Of a DNA stretch of 57,670 nt, positions 43,001 to 52,886 are shown in pieces; the stretch's first letter is position 1; every line of letters starts with the position of its first letter. Source of the DNA: Opitutia bacterium (GTDB lineage: Bacteria > Verrucomicrobiota > Verrucomicrobiia > Opitutales > T3Sed10-336); the NCBI GenBank assembly GCA_050506795.1, contig JBJHCF010000034.1, positions 1-57,670 on the forward strand, written 5' to 3'. Both the position numbers and the translations under genes were made by a program. The notes under the pieces were generated by a model. It ran no database searches. It was not told the DNA's origin and worked only from the letters and a program-made list of their open reading frames with translations.

Positions 43001-43296
43001 TTGCGGTCCATAAAGGTGTGGCCGTTGTGGAAGCCGGTCATCAACATGGCGCGGCTGGGCGCGCAAACGGTGGCGGCGTAACCGCGGTCGAACCGCATGC
43101 CGGCCGCGGCCAGGGTGTCGAGGTGAGGGGTTTCGATGATTTCGGAGCCGTAGGCGCCGACGCTGCCCCAACCCATGTCATCGGCGAAAATGTGGATGAT
43201 GTTGGGGTGCGGCGCCGGTTCGGCGGGAAGCGACCAGGGCGCGATGAGGAAACCCGCACCAAGCAGGGTCGCCGAGATAGATCTGATTTCTGGCAT
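40021..43296 (-). CDS. Multidomain sulfatase: S1 domain, autotransporter-like beta-helix with inserted domain, shared C-terminal domain
   Basis: PNIIHIFADDMG, CAPSRAMLMTG, LGKWGFG. NAGTIAPG...SPFGTLSIDGSY. GDGSSNLTKYAF..AFGRVNI. ATG 43296 gives a signal peptide. Confidence 0.9.
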   Translation of the reverse strand: MPEIRSISATLLGAGFLIAPWSLPAEPAPHPNIIHIFADDMGWGSVGAYGSEIIETPHLDTLAAAGMRFDRGYAATVCAPSRAMLMTGFHNGHTFMDRNANIGHGFRTQDVTVAEVLRDAGYTTAVLGKWGFGGGQGQSGPLRANPFVQRPATLPQNQGYDYLYGYISHGRAHSYQVDSLWTTTEPPARLKYRNEPDHGLWLERTGNTPDNPHAAYTMDLIAARAEQFIIDHAEREEPFYLQLNHLIPHFDVDAIAATGPLRDLEGNIIGPAGLGIYADHPGLSEKAKKHAAMITRMDASIGALFRRMEDPFGDGQGPNLFENTIVIFTVDNGPSPEDGVGLQGILQLDATGGLRGGKRDLWEGGVRVPLIVRWDGYVEPGSYTSFITDLADFFPTAAELAGTRGPAGMDGVSIVPTLTGKGHQRQRDYLVFEHDGHSGPGPDPISRSAHWSILRGDHKLIAFRDGSREVYHLAVDRGESAPLDPHTHGNLYEELEILALAEGVAQPDGFAVEYVEWQGGDGDLFGAPENWSLSRSPGPLWSASMVNAGEHEALAHVRGVLNLLGLEVRGKLARQTLLLEPTATLKGRNEVRIAKNGHLHLEGALLRSRRWIEIDAGGELTGRGTVYGDLYNAGTIAPGRPDELPGAPEPFPDVDTGTVPAIVFDFQGQDEAPMTHTETISEYLDLLAGFDFGLGVSPRNGADVGDEFNVMGHDNASLAKTIANQNYLSFTIAPVPGTAMILDSIEVNLWRNGPNAATDFAILTSEGGFEAGAELGTLRVTDAGIGNQHRFVVEIPEAEPIDRAVEVRIYGWNAGTENGNTHFNGAAVRAAFVTAPNEFGSPFGTLSIDGSYRQSEDAVLSIEIGGDEIGEYSSLEVSGAIELHGVLELRRANDFQPREGMSFQIIASEGAASGSFQQIDAFDLEAGLAWDFSDLESAGTVTVVSESSRIEGAMKDAGLSGEAASVQAIPFGDGSSNLTKYAFNMDLGAPDFRRLTIGGEEASGLPAIDIYEEDSKRFLIIEYLRLRNSGLVYQSQIATSLSPGSFSPTIATPEVVSVNSDWDRAIVREHLDPKAYKAFGRVNISLPLTTE

Positions 43297-43452
43297 ACTC
43301 AATAAAATGGTCTGTTGGTATTGAAGCTCAATTAACAATAGCGCTGGAAACGGCGAGGTGAGGTTACCGGGCAACATTTTGTTAGAAAATTGGCCGCGGT
43401 ATCAATGACACTCCACTTGGAAAGGGTTCGTCAGGTCGAGTCGGGCCGGCAG

Positions 43453-43598
43453 GCCGGAAATAAGACGATAAATCAAATATTTTGGAAAATTGATTCGGGA
43501 CCCTCACTATTGGAGTCTTTCCGCTATATACTTCTGTACGGTCTTTTTCGAATCAGGCCAAGGCGCATTGCCCAACCTTCTGAATTGTGAAGGGTCGT
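43453..43598 (+). promoter_or_regulatory. Conserved upstream element, copy B
   Basis: Ungapped match to copies A and C. Confidence 0.7.
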
Positions 43599-43664
43599 GA
43601 TTCGTTTAAGCAGTGATTTTTCGCATTTCACCGCAACCCATAAGAAAATTGAAAGGCATAAGTT

Positions 43665-46600
43665 ATGAAATGTAAGCTAAAGGTGCTTCTGACCGCCATT
43701 TTCTCGTTGTCACTGGCATCCTTGGTGTCGGCCAGTGAGCCGATCTTCTCTACGCAGTTCGTGAATCAGGATGAGTGGGATGCCAATGATGGCCGGCGAT
43801 ACACGACGTTCAATACGTCGGCTAGCCTTTTCGACGGTTCGCTGTTGGACGCCAATGGGGATCCGGTGGGGCCCATAGAGGATTTTATCGGCCCTCAGGT
43901 GGGCACTACGAACAATAATCCGGACACCGGCACCCAAAACAGTCCCGGTCCGGGATTTGCCTACATTCCAACCGGCGTGGAGTGGGAGCCGAATACGGTG
44001 TACAGCATAGATTTTATCGTACTTCGGCGTGCGGACATGCCGCAGAATACAGATGTTCAATACGGACTTTGGGCGGGACTGCCGTCCGACGACACGGGTC
44101 CCGGAAACTACTTTGTCCCAAGCCCCAACGTTACGTACGAAGCCCGAGAGCTTCCCTCGCTTGGCACCGAGGGCCTGGTCAAAATCTCCAGCGGTTTCCT
44201 TGACGCGGGAGATGGTGTTTTCGTCAGCGACCTTAGCGGGTTTTCCGAAGTCGATCAGGAATTCACGTTTACCACTGGACCGGATGTTTCGGGATTGGGC
44301 GAAATGGTGCTATTCGTGCGCACCGCTACCGATCGTATTCACTGGGACAGTCTTAGTGTCTCCGCTGCCCCCGTTCCCAGCCCTTCCGCCCTTCTTCCAC
44401 TGGACGCTGATTTCGGCACCGTGCGTTTCCTCGAAATAATGTCCGACTCTACCAGGGCCGAAGCGATTGACCTGGGCGATACGGTGTATCAGGTTTCCAA
44501 TTCTGTTCCGGATATGTCCGGCAATGAACGGACCGGTTTTGTCAGAGGCGGCGATCTCGTTTTTTCGAGCAACGTTCCGGCGATGCTTACCGGTTCATCG
44601 ACTTCTCTGGACATGGCGGCGGAAGATATCGCGGTTGTCGCGGAGGGATACCAAGGGATCAGTGGCTCCAACCCGCGCACGGTGGCTGCCTGGGTGTATC
44701 CCGGCAATGATTTAAATCCACTAGCGACACTGGTGGAGTGGGGCGTTAATAACGCCGGTCGGAGATGGACAGTGAGGTTGGACGATTCCCGCTTGCGTGT
44801 GGAAGTGCAAAATGGTTTTGCCGTGGCGGATGCCGCCCTGGAGGCCGATGCCTGGAATCATATCGCCGTCACCTTCGAAGGGAATAATGTTGAGGATGTA
44901 ATATTTTACCTCAACGGAGTGCAGCAGAGCATCGTCAATTCCAACTCCCAAGGGGTCGATACCGCAGCGGGGGTTGATGTCGGGATTGGCTTCGCTCCTG
45001 CCGTAGGTGGCCGCTTTTTCGACGGGCTTATCGACGGCTTGGGCATCTGGAGCCGGGCCTTGAGCGCCGAAGACGTGACGGATCTTGCTTCCGGCGCGCC
45101 GGTTTCCAGTATCGAGGAGGGACTGGAATTATCCTACGATTTTGAGAGTCCGCCCAGTAGCGCGATCACGTCGCTTCCTCCAGAGCTCTCCGGGAACCTC
45201 GGCTTTAGGACCGAGAACGAATTTTTTGGAGATGCGGGTCCGGGGGCCATCGACGTTGTCGTGGACCGGGATACGAAGGTGTTCATCGCATTGGATCAGG
45301 CGGCGAGCGTGCCGGATTGGATCGCGGGAAGATATACGCAGACCGGTCAGGAAGTTGTGACCGATTTGGCGATCTTCGATTTGTGGGAGCGGCAATTGGC
45401 CGCCCGGGAACGGATCGTTTTGCCGGCGATGGAGCTGGCTCAGGGCGAGAATAATTACTGGGTGATATTTGACAAAGGCCCCGATGCGGTCGTCAGCTCG
45501 CCCGACGGAATGTTTTTGGGCACCGCGGAGGGTGATACCATTTGGCGCCTCGGGGAGTTCAACTGGACTCTGACGTCGGACGCCGGATCTCAACCCCATC
45601 AGGCGAGCCTGTTGACGACGATAACTAATTTTGATCCCGAGCGGGGCTTCAAGACCGCAGCGACGCTGCGCGTGCCACGCCTCCAGAACGCCGGTGACAA
45701 TGCCATCGGTTTCTCCCTCTTGGGCGATGAAGAGACGGGTGAGTCGATACGCGCGGAGTGGGCTCCTCGCGAGGCGGGCGGCGAATCGAGCCTGCGCCTG
45801 GTCGATTCCTCCACCGGCACGATTCTGGCCGAAGAGATCTGGACCGGTTTGGTTCCAAGCAAAATCGACAATGACGTCGGTGTCAGTGCCGGGGCGAGCG
45901 AGTCTCAGTTTTCTGTGGGAGAGCTGATTTTCACAGGTGGGCAAGCTGTTCCTTTGGCGGAAGATTTCGAATCCGGCATGGGCGACTGGACGGTGGGAGG
46001 CGATCCTGACCAGTGGGAAATTGGTGTTCCGACCACCGGCCCCGGGAGCGCTTTCAGTGGGGAGAACGTAGCCGCAACGAGGTTGAACCAGAACTACGAA
46101 TCCGCTGGAATTTCCAACACTGTCACCGTTTCGTGGTTGCGCTCTCCAGCTATCGATCTCTCCGGTGTCATGGAGGTTTCCCTAAGTTTCCAGGAATTTA
46201 TGGCTCTGGACCCGGCGTTGGATGGGGACGGCAATCCCTTTCACTTCGGCACGGTTTCGGTTCTCGATGCTGATTCGATGGAGCCGCTGGGAGAATTGGC
46301 CACTTACAATGAACAGATATCGGAGTGGACCGAACGAACATTCGACCTGACCGAGTTCGCGGGTCAGCACATCATTTTGGAGTTTGGTCTCTCTACCGAC
46401 CAATTCGACGACGCTGCTGACGGCGGTTGGTACCTCGACGACATCACGGTGACCGGAAGCGTAGTCACGATTGAGAGCATGCCCGAGGCGCTGGCACTGA
46501 ACGGTACACTCAATGGTATCGCCACCGACGAGGCGGCGGTTGATGACGAGAGCGACTCTTTTCTCGAATTCACGGTCACCGATCGCGGGACTGACGGTAA

Positions 46601-47513
46601 CCAGGGAGTGACGGTATATGTCGCGTGGGACGTTCGCGGCTCCGGTCTGGAGCCGGACTGGCTCCGTGACAACTTCGTCCTGACCGACCATTTCGTGGGC
46701 GTCAGTGGAAATGCCGGCGAGCACCGTCTCTGGGCTCGTGAGTACGCCGACGGAGAATCCGTAACTCTAGGCGGGGCTTCAGCTCAAGGCGCCGGACCCT
46801 TCCCTGCTGGAATGAACAATTATTTCGTGCTGTTCGGCGATGCCCGTCCTGGCCTCGAGCAATTGTACACTCTGAAGACCGAAGGACAACTGAACGAGGG
46901 AGTCTGGACTATCGATTTCACCCTGAGTGATGGGCAAGGAAACGAGGAGACGGTTTCCGGAGCGACAATCGATAGCAGGGATGGGGCAACGGAATTCGGG
47001 TTGTTCGCGCGGCACCCCGATGCCGCGGACGGGACGCTCACCCACACGCCGATCTGGGAAGTCTTCGAATTCTCAATGGATTTCTTCGACGAACTCGGCG
47101 AATTGCTTGGCTTTGAAGCGTGGCGGGAGCTGTATTTCCCGGATGACTTGGACAACCCTGAAATAAGCGGCGCGAACGCGTCGCCCGCCGGAGATGGGGT
47201 GAAGAATTTGGTGAAATACGCGCTCGACCGAAATCCGTTCGAACGTCTTACCATGAATGATATCGCCACCACTGGGTTCGACGGCGAAGGAAACCTTGTT
47301 CTCTTCTATTGGGAGCGAACCGACATAGACGACATTGAATACGTTCCGGAGATTTCGGAAAATCTGGTCGATTGGGAGAGTGGGGAGCCTCATGTAATTA
47401 AAGAGATCCCGGGCGATGAGGAAGGGAACCTTCGCGCGGTCGATGCCATCGGGATCCTGCCCGAGGAGGCGGACAGAGGCTTCATGCGCTTGAAAATCAG
47501 GCAAAAAGAATAA
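43665..47513 (+). CDS. Large acidic exported protein: N-domain shared with the PEP-CTERM neighbour, LamG domain, MAM/immune-inhibitor-like domain, shared C-terminal domain
   Basis: Signal peptide. RTVAAWV..WNHIAVTF..FDGLID. AEDFESG..WEIGVP..LRSPAIDLS..GWYLDDITV. GDGVKNLVKYAL..GFMRLKI. Confidence 0.8.
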   Translation: MKCKLKVLLTAIFSLSLASLVSASEPIFSTQFVNQDEWDANDGRRYTTFNTSASLFDGSLLDANGDPVGPIEDFIGPQVGTTNNNPDTGTQNSPGPGFAYIPTGVEWEPNTVYSIDFIVLRRADMPQNTDVQYGLWAGLPSDDTGPGNYFVPSPNVTYEARELPSLGTEGLVKISSGFLDAGDGVFVSDLSGFSEVDQEFTFTTGPDVSGLGEMVLFVRTATDRIHWDSLSVSAAPVPSPSALLPLDADFGTVRFLEIMSDSTRAEAIDLGDTVYQVSNSVPDMSGNERTGFVRGGDLVFSSNVPAMLTGSSTSLDMAAEDIAVVAEGYQGISGSNPRTVAAWVYPGNDLNPLATLVEWGVNNAGRRWTVRLDDSRLRVEVQNGFAVADAALEADAWNHIAVTFEGNNVEDVIFYLNGVQQSIVNSNSQGVDTAAGVDVGIGFAPAVGGRFFDGLIDGLGIWSRALSAEDVTDLASGAPVSSIEEGLELSYDFESPPSSAITSLPPELSGNLGFRTENEFFGDAGPGAIDVVVDRDTKVFIALDQAASVPDWIAGRYTQTGQEVVTDLAIFDLWERQLAARERIVLPAMELAQGENNYWVIFDKGPDAVVSSPDGMFLGTAEGDTIWRLGEFNWTLTSDAGSQPHQASLLTTITNFDPERGFKTAATLRVPRLQNAGDNAIGFSLLGDEETGESIRAEWAPREAGGESSLRLVDSSTGTILAEEIWTGLVPSKIDNDVGVSAGASESQFSVGELIFTGGQAVPLAEDFESGMGDWTVGGDPDQWEIGVPTTGPGSAFSGENVAATRLNQNYESAGISNTVTVSWLRSPAIDLSGVMEVSLSFQEFMALDPALDGDGNPFHFGTVSVLDADSMEPLGELATYNEQISEWTERTFDLTEFAGQHIILEFGLSTDQFDDAADGGWYLDDITVTGSVVTIESMPEALALNGTLNGIATDEAAVDDESDSFLEFTVTDRGTDGNQGVTVYVAWDVRGSGLEPDWLRDNFVLTDHFVGVSGNAGEHRLWAREYADGESVTLGGASAQGAGPFPAGMNNYFVLFGDARPGLEQLYTLKTEGQLNEGVWTIDFTLSDGQGNEETVSGATIDSRDGATEFGLFARHPDAADGTLTHTPIWEVFEFSMDFFDELGELLGFEAWRELYFPDDLDNPEISGANASPAGDGVKNLVKYALDRNPFERLTMNDIATTGFDGEGNLVLFYWERTDIDDIEYVPEISENLVDWESGEPHVIKEIPGDEEGNLRAVDAIGILPEEADRGFMRLKIRQKE

Positions 47514-47546
47514 AAAAAGGATTCACAAAAAAACGTCATTCTTTGC

Positions 47547-47584
47547 CGGTTCGACAAGCTCACCGCGGTGAGCTTGTCGAACCG
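47547..47584. repeat. Perfect 38-bp palindrome (TTCGACAAGCTCA-type REP doublet with no spacer)
   Basis: CGGTTCGACAAGCTCACCG|CGGTGAGCTTGTCGAACCG. Confidence 0.8.
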
Positions 47585-47588
47585 CGAG

Positions 47589-47734
47589 GCCGAGAATAAG
47601 CCGATAGGACAAATCTTTTATAAAAATGCTTCGGGACCCTCACCATTGGAGCCTTTCCGCTATATTAGCCTGTACGACCTTTTTCGGATCAGGCCAGGGC
47701 GCATTGCCCAACCTTTTGACTTATCGGGGATCGT
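47589..47734 (+). promoter_or_regulatory. Conserved upstream element, copy C
   Basis: Ungapped match to copies A and B. Confidence 0.7.
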
Positions 47735-47798
47735 GCTTCGTTTAACGGTGATTTGCCGGAGTTCTCCGCAACCCATAAAAAATAAAAAGGCATAAGTT

Positions 47799-48590
47799 AT
47801 GAAACGTAAGCTAAAGGTGGTTCTGACTGCCATTTTCTCGTTGTCACTGGCATCCTTGGTTTCGGCCAGTGGGGTGATCTTCTCGATGCAGTTCGAGGAT
47901 CAGGATGAGTGGGAGAACAATGATGGCCGGCGATACACGACCTTCAATACGGGCGCTGGCAATTTCGACGGGTCGCTGTTGGATGCCAATGGGGATCCGG
48001 TGGGGCCCATAGGTAATTTTATCGGCCCTCAGGTGGGCACTACGAACAATAATCCGGATACCCACGCATCCAATCCCGGTCCGGGGTTTGCCTACATTCC
48101 AACCGGCGTGGCCTGGGAGCCGAATATGGTGTACAGCATTGATTTTATCGTACTTCGGCGTGGGAACATTGAGCTCAATACAGATGTTCAATACGGACTT
48201 TGGGCGGGACTGCCGTCCGACGACACGGGTCCTGGAAACTACGTTACCCCAGACCCCGAGGATACGTTCGAAGCCCAAGAACGTCCGTCGCTTGGCACTG
48301 AGGGCCTGGTCAAAATCACCAGCGGTTTCCTTGACGCGGGAGACGGTGCTTTCGTCAGCGACATTAGCGGGACTTCTGTCATCGATCAGGTATTCACGTT
48401 TACCACTGGATCGGATGTTTCGGGATTGGGCGAAATGGTGCTATTCGTGCGCACGGATACCGGTCGCATTCACTGGGACAGTCTCAGTGTCAGCGCCGTT
48501 CCCGAGCCCGGCACTTACGCCCTTATCGCCGGTTTTGTAGCGCTTGCCGGGGTGATTGGCGTGCGGCGGATCCGCAGCCGGAAAGGATAA
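47799..48590 (+). CDS. PEP-CTERM sorting-domain protein
   Basis: Signal peptide. Ends VPEPGTYALIAGFVALAGVIGVRRIRSRKG (PEP motif, TM, basic tail). Confidence 0.93.
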   Translation: MKRKLKVVLTAIFSLSLASLVSASGVIFSMQFEDQDEWENNDGRRYTTFNTGAGNFDGSLLDANGDPVGPIGNFIGPQVGTTNNNPDTHASNPGPGFAYIPTGVAWEPNMVYSIDFIVLRRGNIELNTDVQYGLWAGLPSDDTGPGNYVTPDPEDTFEAQERPSLGTEGLVKITSGFLDAGDGAFVSDISGTSVIDQVFTFTTGSDVSGLGEMVLFVRTDTGRIHWDSLSVSAVPEPGTYALIAGFVALAGVIGVRRIRSRKG

Positions 48591-48739
48591 TCGCATAAGC
48601 TGCAAATAGCATAACGGCTACCAACCGGTCGCAGGCACGGATTCAGCCGTGCCCGCGACTCTACCCCGACTTTTGGGAACTTCGCTATTTGAGGTGGGCT
48701 CACAAAGCAGTGATTTCAGGGACTTGCACCCCTGGAATG

Positions 48740-49213
48740 GTCCGGCTGAAGCACGGACCTACGGCTCGTAGCGCCCAGCTTTAGCGGGCGTCTTGTGTGG
48801 CGTGGGAATGGCGGTTCCGGTCAAGGTTTGTCCGGCTGAAGCACGGACCTACGGCTCGTAGCGCCTAGCTTTAGCGGGCGTCTTGTGTGGCGTGGGAATG
48901 GCGGTTCCGGTCGAGGTTTGTCCGGCTGAAGCACGGACCCACGGCTCGTAGCGCCCAGCTTTAGCGGGCGTCTTGTGTGGCGTGGGAATGGCGGTTCCGG
49001 TCAAGGTTTGTCCGGCTGAAGCACGGACCCACGGCTCGTAGCGCCCAGCTTTAGCGGGCGTCTTGTGTGGCGTGGGAATGGCGGTTCTGGTCAAGGTTTG
49101 TCCGGCTGAAGCACGGACCTACGGCTCGTAGCGCCCAGCTTTAGCGGGCGTCTTGTGTGGCGTGGGAATGGCGGTTCCGGTCAAGGGTTTGTCCGGCTGA
49201 AGCACGGACCTAC
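48740..49213. repeat. Tandem array of a 90-bp REP-doublet unit (5 units plus one extra REP; BIME-like)
   Basis: Units start at 48740, 48830, 48920, 49010, 49100 and a partial at 49191. Each is GTCCGGCTGAAGCACGGAC-CYAC-GGCTC-GTAG-CGCCYAGCTTTAGCGGGCG plus a near-constant linker. Confidence 0.92.
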
Positions 49214-49286
49214 GCAAAAGGTCCAATGTCGAGTAGTACCATGCTGCGGCCGGCCGGCGGACTCCACAGTAAACAGCGAAAAGCTT

Positions 49287-52200
49287 TTAAAATTCCTCCC
49301 TACCGGTCAGGCGTATGAAGATCCGGCAACAGGAAATTTCGGTATCCGAGGAAACAATCGCCTTCACTTCATTCAAGCCGTCGTCAGGAGTGATGACGAA
49401 ATCCACTCGGTCGTGGGTGTCGGTTTCCTCGGGGACCGACACGGTAGTCCAGGTCAAGAGATCCGCGCTGTATTGCAATTCCAACCCGGCTCCATCGCGA
49501 TTGGCCTCAGTGAGCATTTTGAAGTTTACCTCCAGTGCACCGTTGGTCACGGTGGCGCTTGGCATCCGGGCGGTGGCGTTTTCCGCGGGATCGGCGGCAC
49601 CGAGCAACCATGCGAGTCCGTTGGGCACACCGTCGCCGTTCGTGTCGCCGGTGAAGGTAACCTCTCCTCCTCCGGCCCAGATCTCGAACGGCGAGAGGGA
49701 ATCGACGACGGTTATAACAAGCTCATCGAAACTTGAGCCGAATTCATCACTGCTCGTCAAGCGCAGAGTATAGACGCCCTCTACCGTGAACGTCGCACTG
49801 GTGTCCAGGGTCGCAGCGTCGGAGAATACAACCGGTCCCGGGCCGGACTCCACGGACCAATGGTACGTGAGTGGATCGTTTTCGGGATCGCTCGCCGATC
49901 CATTGAGGGGGGCGATGGCCGCCTGTGTCTCTGGCGCGGCAGTCTTGTAGGGGTGGTCTTCGGGCATATTTTCCACCAACCCCCACTTGTTAGCCAGATA
50001 GCCTTCGATGGTCTGCCGCAATTCTTGCGTCACCTCCGCATCCAGTAAAATGACTTCCGCCACCGATCCGTCGTAGAAGAATTCCACCTGGTTGGGATGT
50101 AGTCTGGCACCCGCACCGATGCTGAAACTGTCAGTAAAGCCCATTGGGTTCCTGGAGGTTCCGGATGTCAGGTCACGCAGATCGTCGCTGCCATCGAAGC
50201 CGATAAACCAGTCCGTCGATAATGCAAAAGAGTAGAAATGGGGTCCCGCATCGATCGTGGGCAAAGTGGACGAAGAAGCCCCCTGCCTTTTAGAGAATGC
50301 GGTTGTGTCTTCGTCAAACACGGACAGGACTTCATCATCGAAGGCTCCCGTGCTTGAACCGTATCCATCCCCCGTGCTGATTCCGTCGCCCGCTGTGGAC
50401 AGAAGGATCATCGCGGGCGTTGAGCTGGTGATTGTTGTGTTGTTGGCATGAACCATGAAAACGGAGCGGATATCCGCACCGAGTCCGTCGCTTGTGAAAA
50501 GGTAGTCCTCCGAGAAATCCAGAACATTCAGCCCGTTGATCGCGTTGTCGCCCGAGCTTGGTTGCCTGTTCGACTCGCTTTGCGAGATATGGTTTGCGTT
50601 GCCGCTCTTGTCATTCCATTGGGTGACCGCTCCGTTGCTTGCACTGATGGAGCTGGTATCCGCGGCGTCATACCAGGCGGTGGTTGTGATTTCAGTGGGT
50701 GACCAAGGCGCTTTTGCGTCGAGTGCGACCGTTTGATCCGGCCCGGCATCGACGACCGGAAGCCGGTTCCACCGGGCGTAGAGCGTTTGATCTTCGGAGA
50801 TGTCGACCGTGGTTTCGGATGTCACCTCGATGCCGTCTCTGCCTCCAGTGAACCAACCGACGAAGGTGAAGCCGTCTCGCGTGGTGGCGGCCAGCGGTCC
50901 GTATGGCGCTCCGAATTCCACCACCTTGTCCAACGGATCCGGGGTGCTCCCGCCGTTGGCGTCGAAGGTGACGGTATAGGTGGGTGCGCTCCACTTTGCG
51001 TAAAGGAGGATGCTGCCCGTGATTTCGAAGGTGGTGCCTGCCTCATAGGTGGTGCCGCTGCCATCCGGTTCGGTGTTCCAGCCGGAGAAGGTGAAGCCGG
51101 GGTTCTCAAGATCCCCTTCACTCTGAACCGTGACGGTTGCCCCGGGTTCATACGGACTATCGGCGTCAACAGGGGCCGAGCCGGCGGTTGCGCCGTTGGC
51201 ATCGTAGGTCACCGTGGGTTCGAGCCTGCGGGAAAGTTGGTCCAGGTAAAGGGATTGCGGGTAAAGTGTGTCACCGGAGCCGATGCCCTCGAGGATGTCG
51301 GCCGGGGCGGTGTTTCCTCCGGTCGGATTCCTGGCTCCAAATCGAGTGCCGCTGGTGCCGATCACGTATCCGTAGCGCCCTTGCTCGCTGACGACGATGT
51401 CATCATACCGTGTGCCGCTTCCCGTGGTGTTCCAATAAACGCTGTGGGCCGAGGTGAGGCCATGGTTGCCGCCCCAGAAGGCCCGATGGTGGGCGATGTA
51501 AAAGCTGTTGTGAGCGTGAGCCCGGTCGAACAAGTTCGAGTGGCTGAAGTGCTGGTGATGGTCGCTGCCGGAGCCTCCCGTATCGTATGAGCCGGTGTGG
51601 CCGGTGGAGCGTCGCGTTTCGCGGTCTTCACATTGGAAAAAGACATTGCCGGAGGTGCCGGCGTGGGAAACCACAAACCCGTGCCGGGAGAAATCGGCGA
51701 TACATCTTTCCAGCAGGATTTCATTGCTGTGCTGGAGGCGATACATGTAGCCATTGCCGCCGCCGCCGCCGTACTGCGAGCGTCGCATCGCGCAATTTCG
51801 CAGAGTCACGCGGTAAGAGTTGAGCAACCGGATGCCGTTGGAAAGCATGTGGGCGGTGCTGGTGTTCTCGGCGGCTCGCTTGCTGTGGACGTCGGTGATC
51901 CAACTGTCGCGAACATTATTCAAGCGGATGAGATGACTGAGGTGAACGTTGAACGCAGGTTTGCTGGAGTCGTTATAATCCTCGGATCCCCAGGTGGTTC
52001 CCGGGTGTTGAACGTTGCCGATCGAGAGCGACTCGACGCCTACGTTGGACAGCAAACCGCTTACCGGAATCACGCGGGCGTTATCGCGTGGCTTCATCGC
52101 GTAGCGGGTGGGAACGTCCACCTCGATCCAACCTTCGGAACTGTTTACGGAGATTATCTCCCGGAGGTATCTCGCATCGGCCGGGCGATTGTTCGTTCCA

Positions 52201-52886
52201 CCCCACCATTCCTCCTGATCGTGTTCGGCGATCCAATCATCCGTGAACGCCCACTGCAAGCGGACAAATCCGCCGGGGGAAAAGCCACTTGTGTTAGCCA
52301 CAGGAATGCGGCGCGTCGGGCCGGGCAGATCGGCCGTGATGTTCCTGGCGTTTCCTGTCGTGACCGAGGGCGGTGCAATCAGAAGCACAGTCCTGTTCCG
52401 CATCGTGTAGGTGGTGTTAAGCAGAAACGTCTCCCCCACGCCCGCGCCCCGCAGCACGATATTGGACGCGGAGATGCGCAGGACGAAGTTGCCGGAGCCT
52501 ATCCGGGACACCCGGAACTCCCCGGCAGGCAGGAAAACCACTCCGCCACCGGCCCTTTCAGCCGCGTCGATCGCTGCCTGGATGGCTGCGGTGCTGTCGC
52601 TGTTGCCCGTAGGATCGGCTCCGTATCTCACGACATCGAAGATCGGACCGGTGACGTCCGGGATCGGTTCCTCGCCGCGTTTGTATCCAGCGTAGGAGAA
52701 ATCCTGGATCAGCTTGTCGTCGTAAAAGGAGGCGGATGCGTCCGGACGTTGCCAGTTTTCAGGGTACAGTTCGCTGCGCCAGAACTCGGACGCCTCTGCC
52801 GGGACCCCACCGGCCAACCAGAGAAGACAGCCCAGGGTGAGCAAGAGCCGGACAAAGGCGGGTAAAATGGACATTTTGTTTCTCAT
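49287..52886 (-). CDS. Exported right-handed beta-helix (pectate-lyase-superfamily/GH55-like) protein with two Listeria-Bacteroides (InlB-B) repeats, split PKD domain, LamG-like insert and shared C-terminal domain
   Basis: DFSYAGY, DSTAAIQAAID..GGVVFLPAGEF. VTYDANG..FSGWNT..LYAKW and VTFDANGG..FVGWFT..LYARW. VDAGPDQTV. GDGVPNGLAWLLG..IFIRL. Confidence 0.85.
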   Translation of the reverse strand: MRNKMSILPAFVRLLLTLGCLLWLAGGVPAEASEFWRSELYPENWQRPDASASFYDDKLIQDFSYAGYKRGEEPIPDVTGPIFDVVRYGADPTGNSDSTAAIQAAIDAAERAGGGVVFLPAGEFRVSRIGSGNFVLRISASNIVLRGAGVGETFLLNTTYTMRNRTVLLIAPPSVTTGNARNITADLPGPTRRIPVANTSGFSPGGFVRLQWAFTDDWIAEHDQEEWWGGTNNRPADARYLREIISVNSSEGWIEVDVPTRYAMKPRDNARVIPVSGLLSNVGVESLSIGNVQHPGTTWGSEDYNDSSKPAFNVHLSHLIRLNNVRDSWITDVHSKRAAENTSTAHMLSNGIRLLNSYRVTLRNCAMRRSQYGGGGGNGYMYRLQHSNEILLERCIADFSRHGFVVSHAGTSGNVFFQCEDRETRRSTGHTGSYDTGGSGSDHHQHFSHSNLFDRAHAHNSFYIAHHRAFWGGNHGLTSAHSVYWNTTGSGTRYDDIVVSEQGRYGYVIGTSGTRFGARNPTGGNTAPADILEGIGSGDTLYPQSLYLDQLSRRLEPTVTYDANGATAGSAPVDADSPYEPGATVTVQSEGDLENPGFTFSGWNTEPDGSGTTYEAGTTFEITGSILLYAKWSAPTYTVTFDANGGSTPDPLDKVVEFGAPYGPLAATTRDGFTFVGWFTGGRDGIEVTSETTVDISEDQTLYARWNRLPVVDAGPDQTVALDAKAPWSPTEITTTAWYDAADTSSISASNGAVTQWNDKSGNANHISQSESNRQPSSGDNAINGLNVLDFSEDYLFTSDGLGADIRSVFMVHANNTTITSSTPAMILLSTAGDGISTGDGYGSSTGAFDDEVLSVFDEDTTAFSKRQGASSSTLPTIDAGPHFYSFALSTDWFIGFDGSDDLRDLTSGTSRNPMGFTDSFSIGAGARLHPNQVEFFYDGSVAEVILLDAEVTQELRQTIEGYLANKWGLVENMPEDHPYKTAAPETQAAIAPLNGSASDPENDPLTYHWSVESGPGPVVFSDAATLDTSATFTVEGVYTLRLTSSDEFGSSFDELVITVVDSLSPFEIWAGGGEVTFTGDTNGDGVPNGLAWLLGAADPAENATARMPSATVTNGALEVNFKMLTEANRDGAGLELQYSADLLTWTTVSVPEETDTHDRVDFVITPDDGLNEVKAIVSSDTEISCCRIFIRLTGREEF

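Noticed and set aside
48740..49213. CRISPR array
   Set aside because: The sequences between palindromes are near-identical rather than unique spacers, the unit is 90 bp, and no cas genes are present. ORF 48849-49094 is just the translated repeat.
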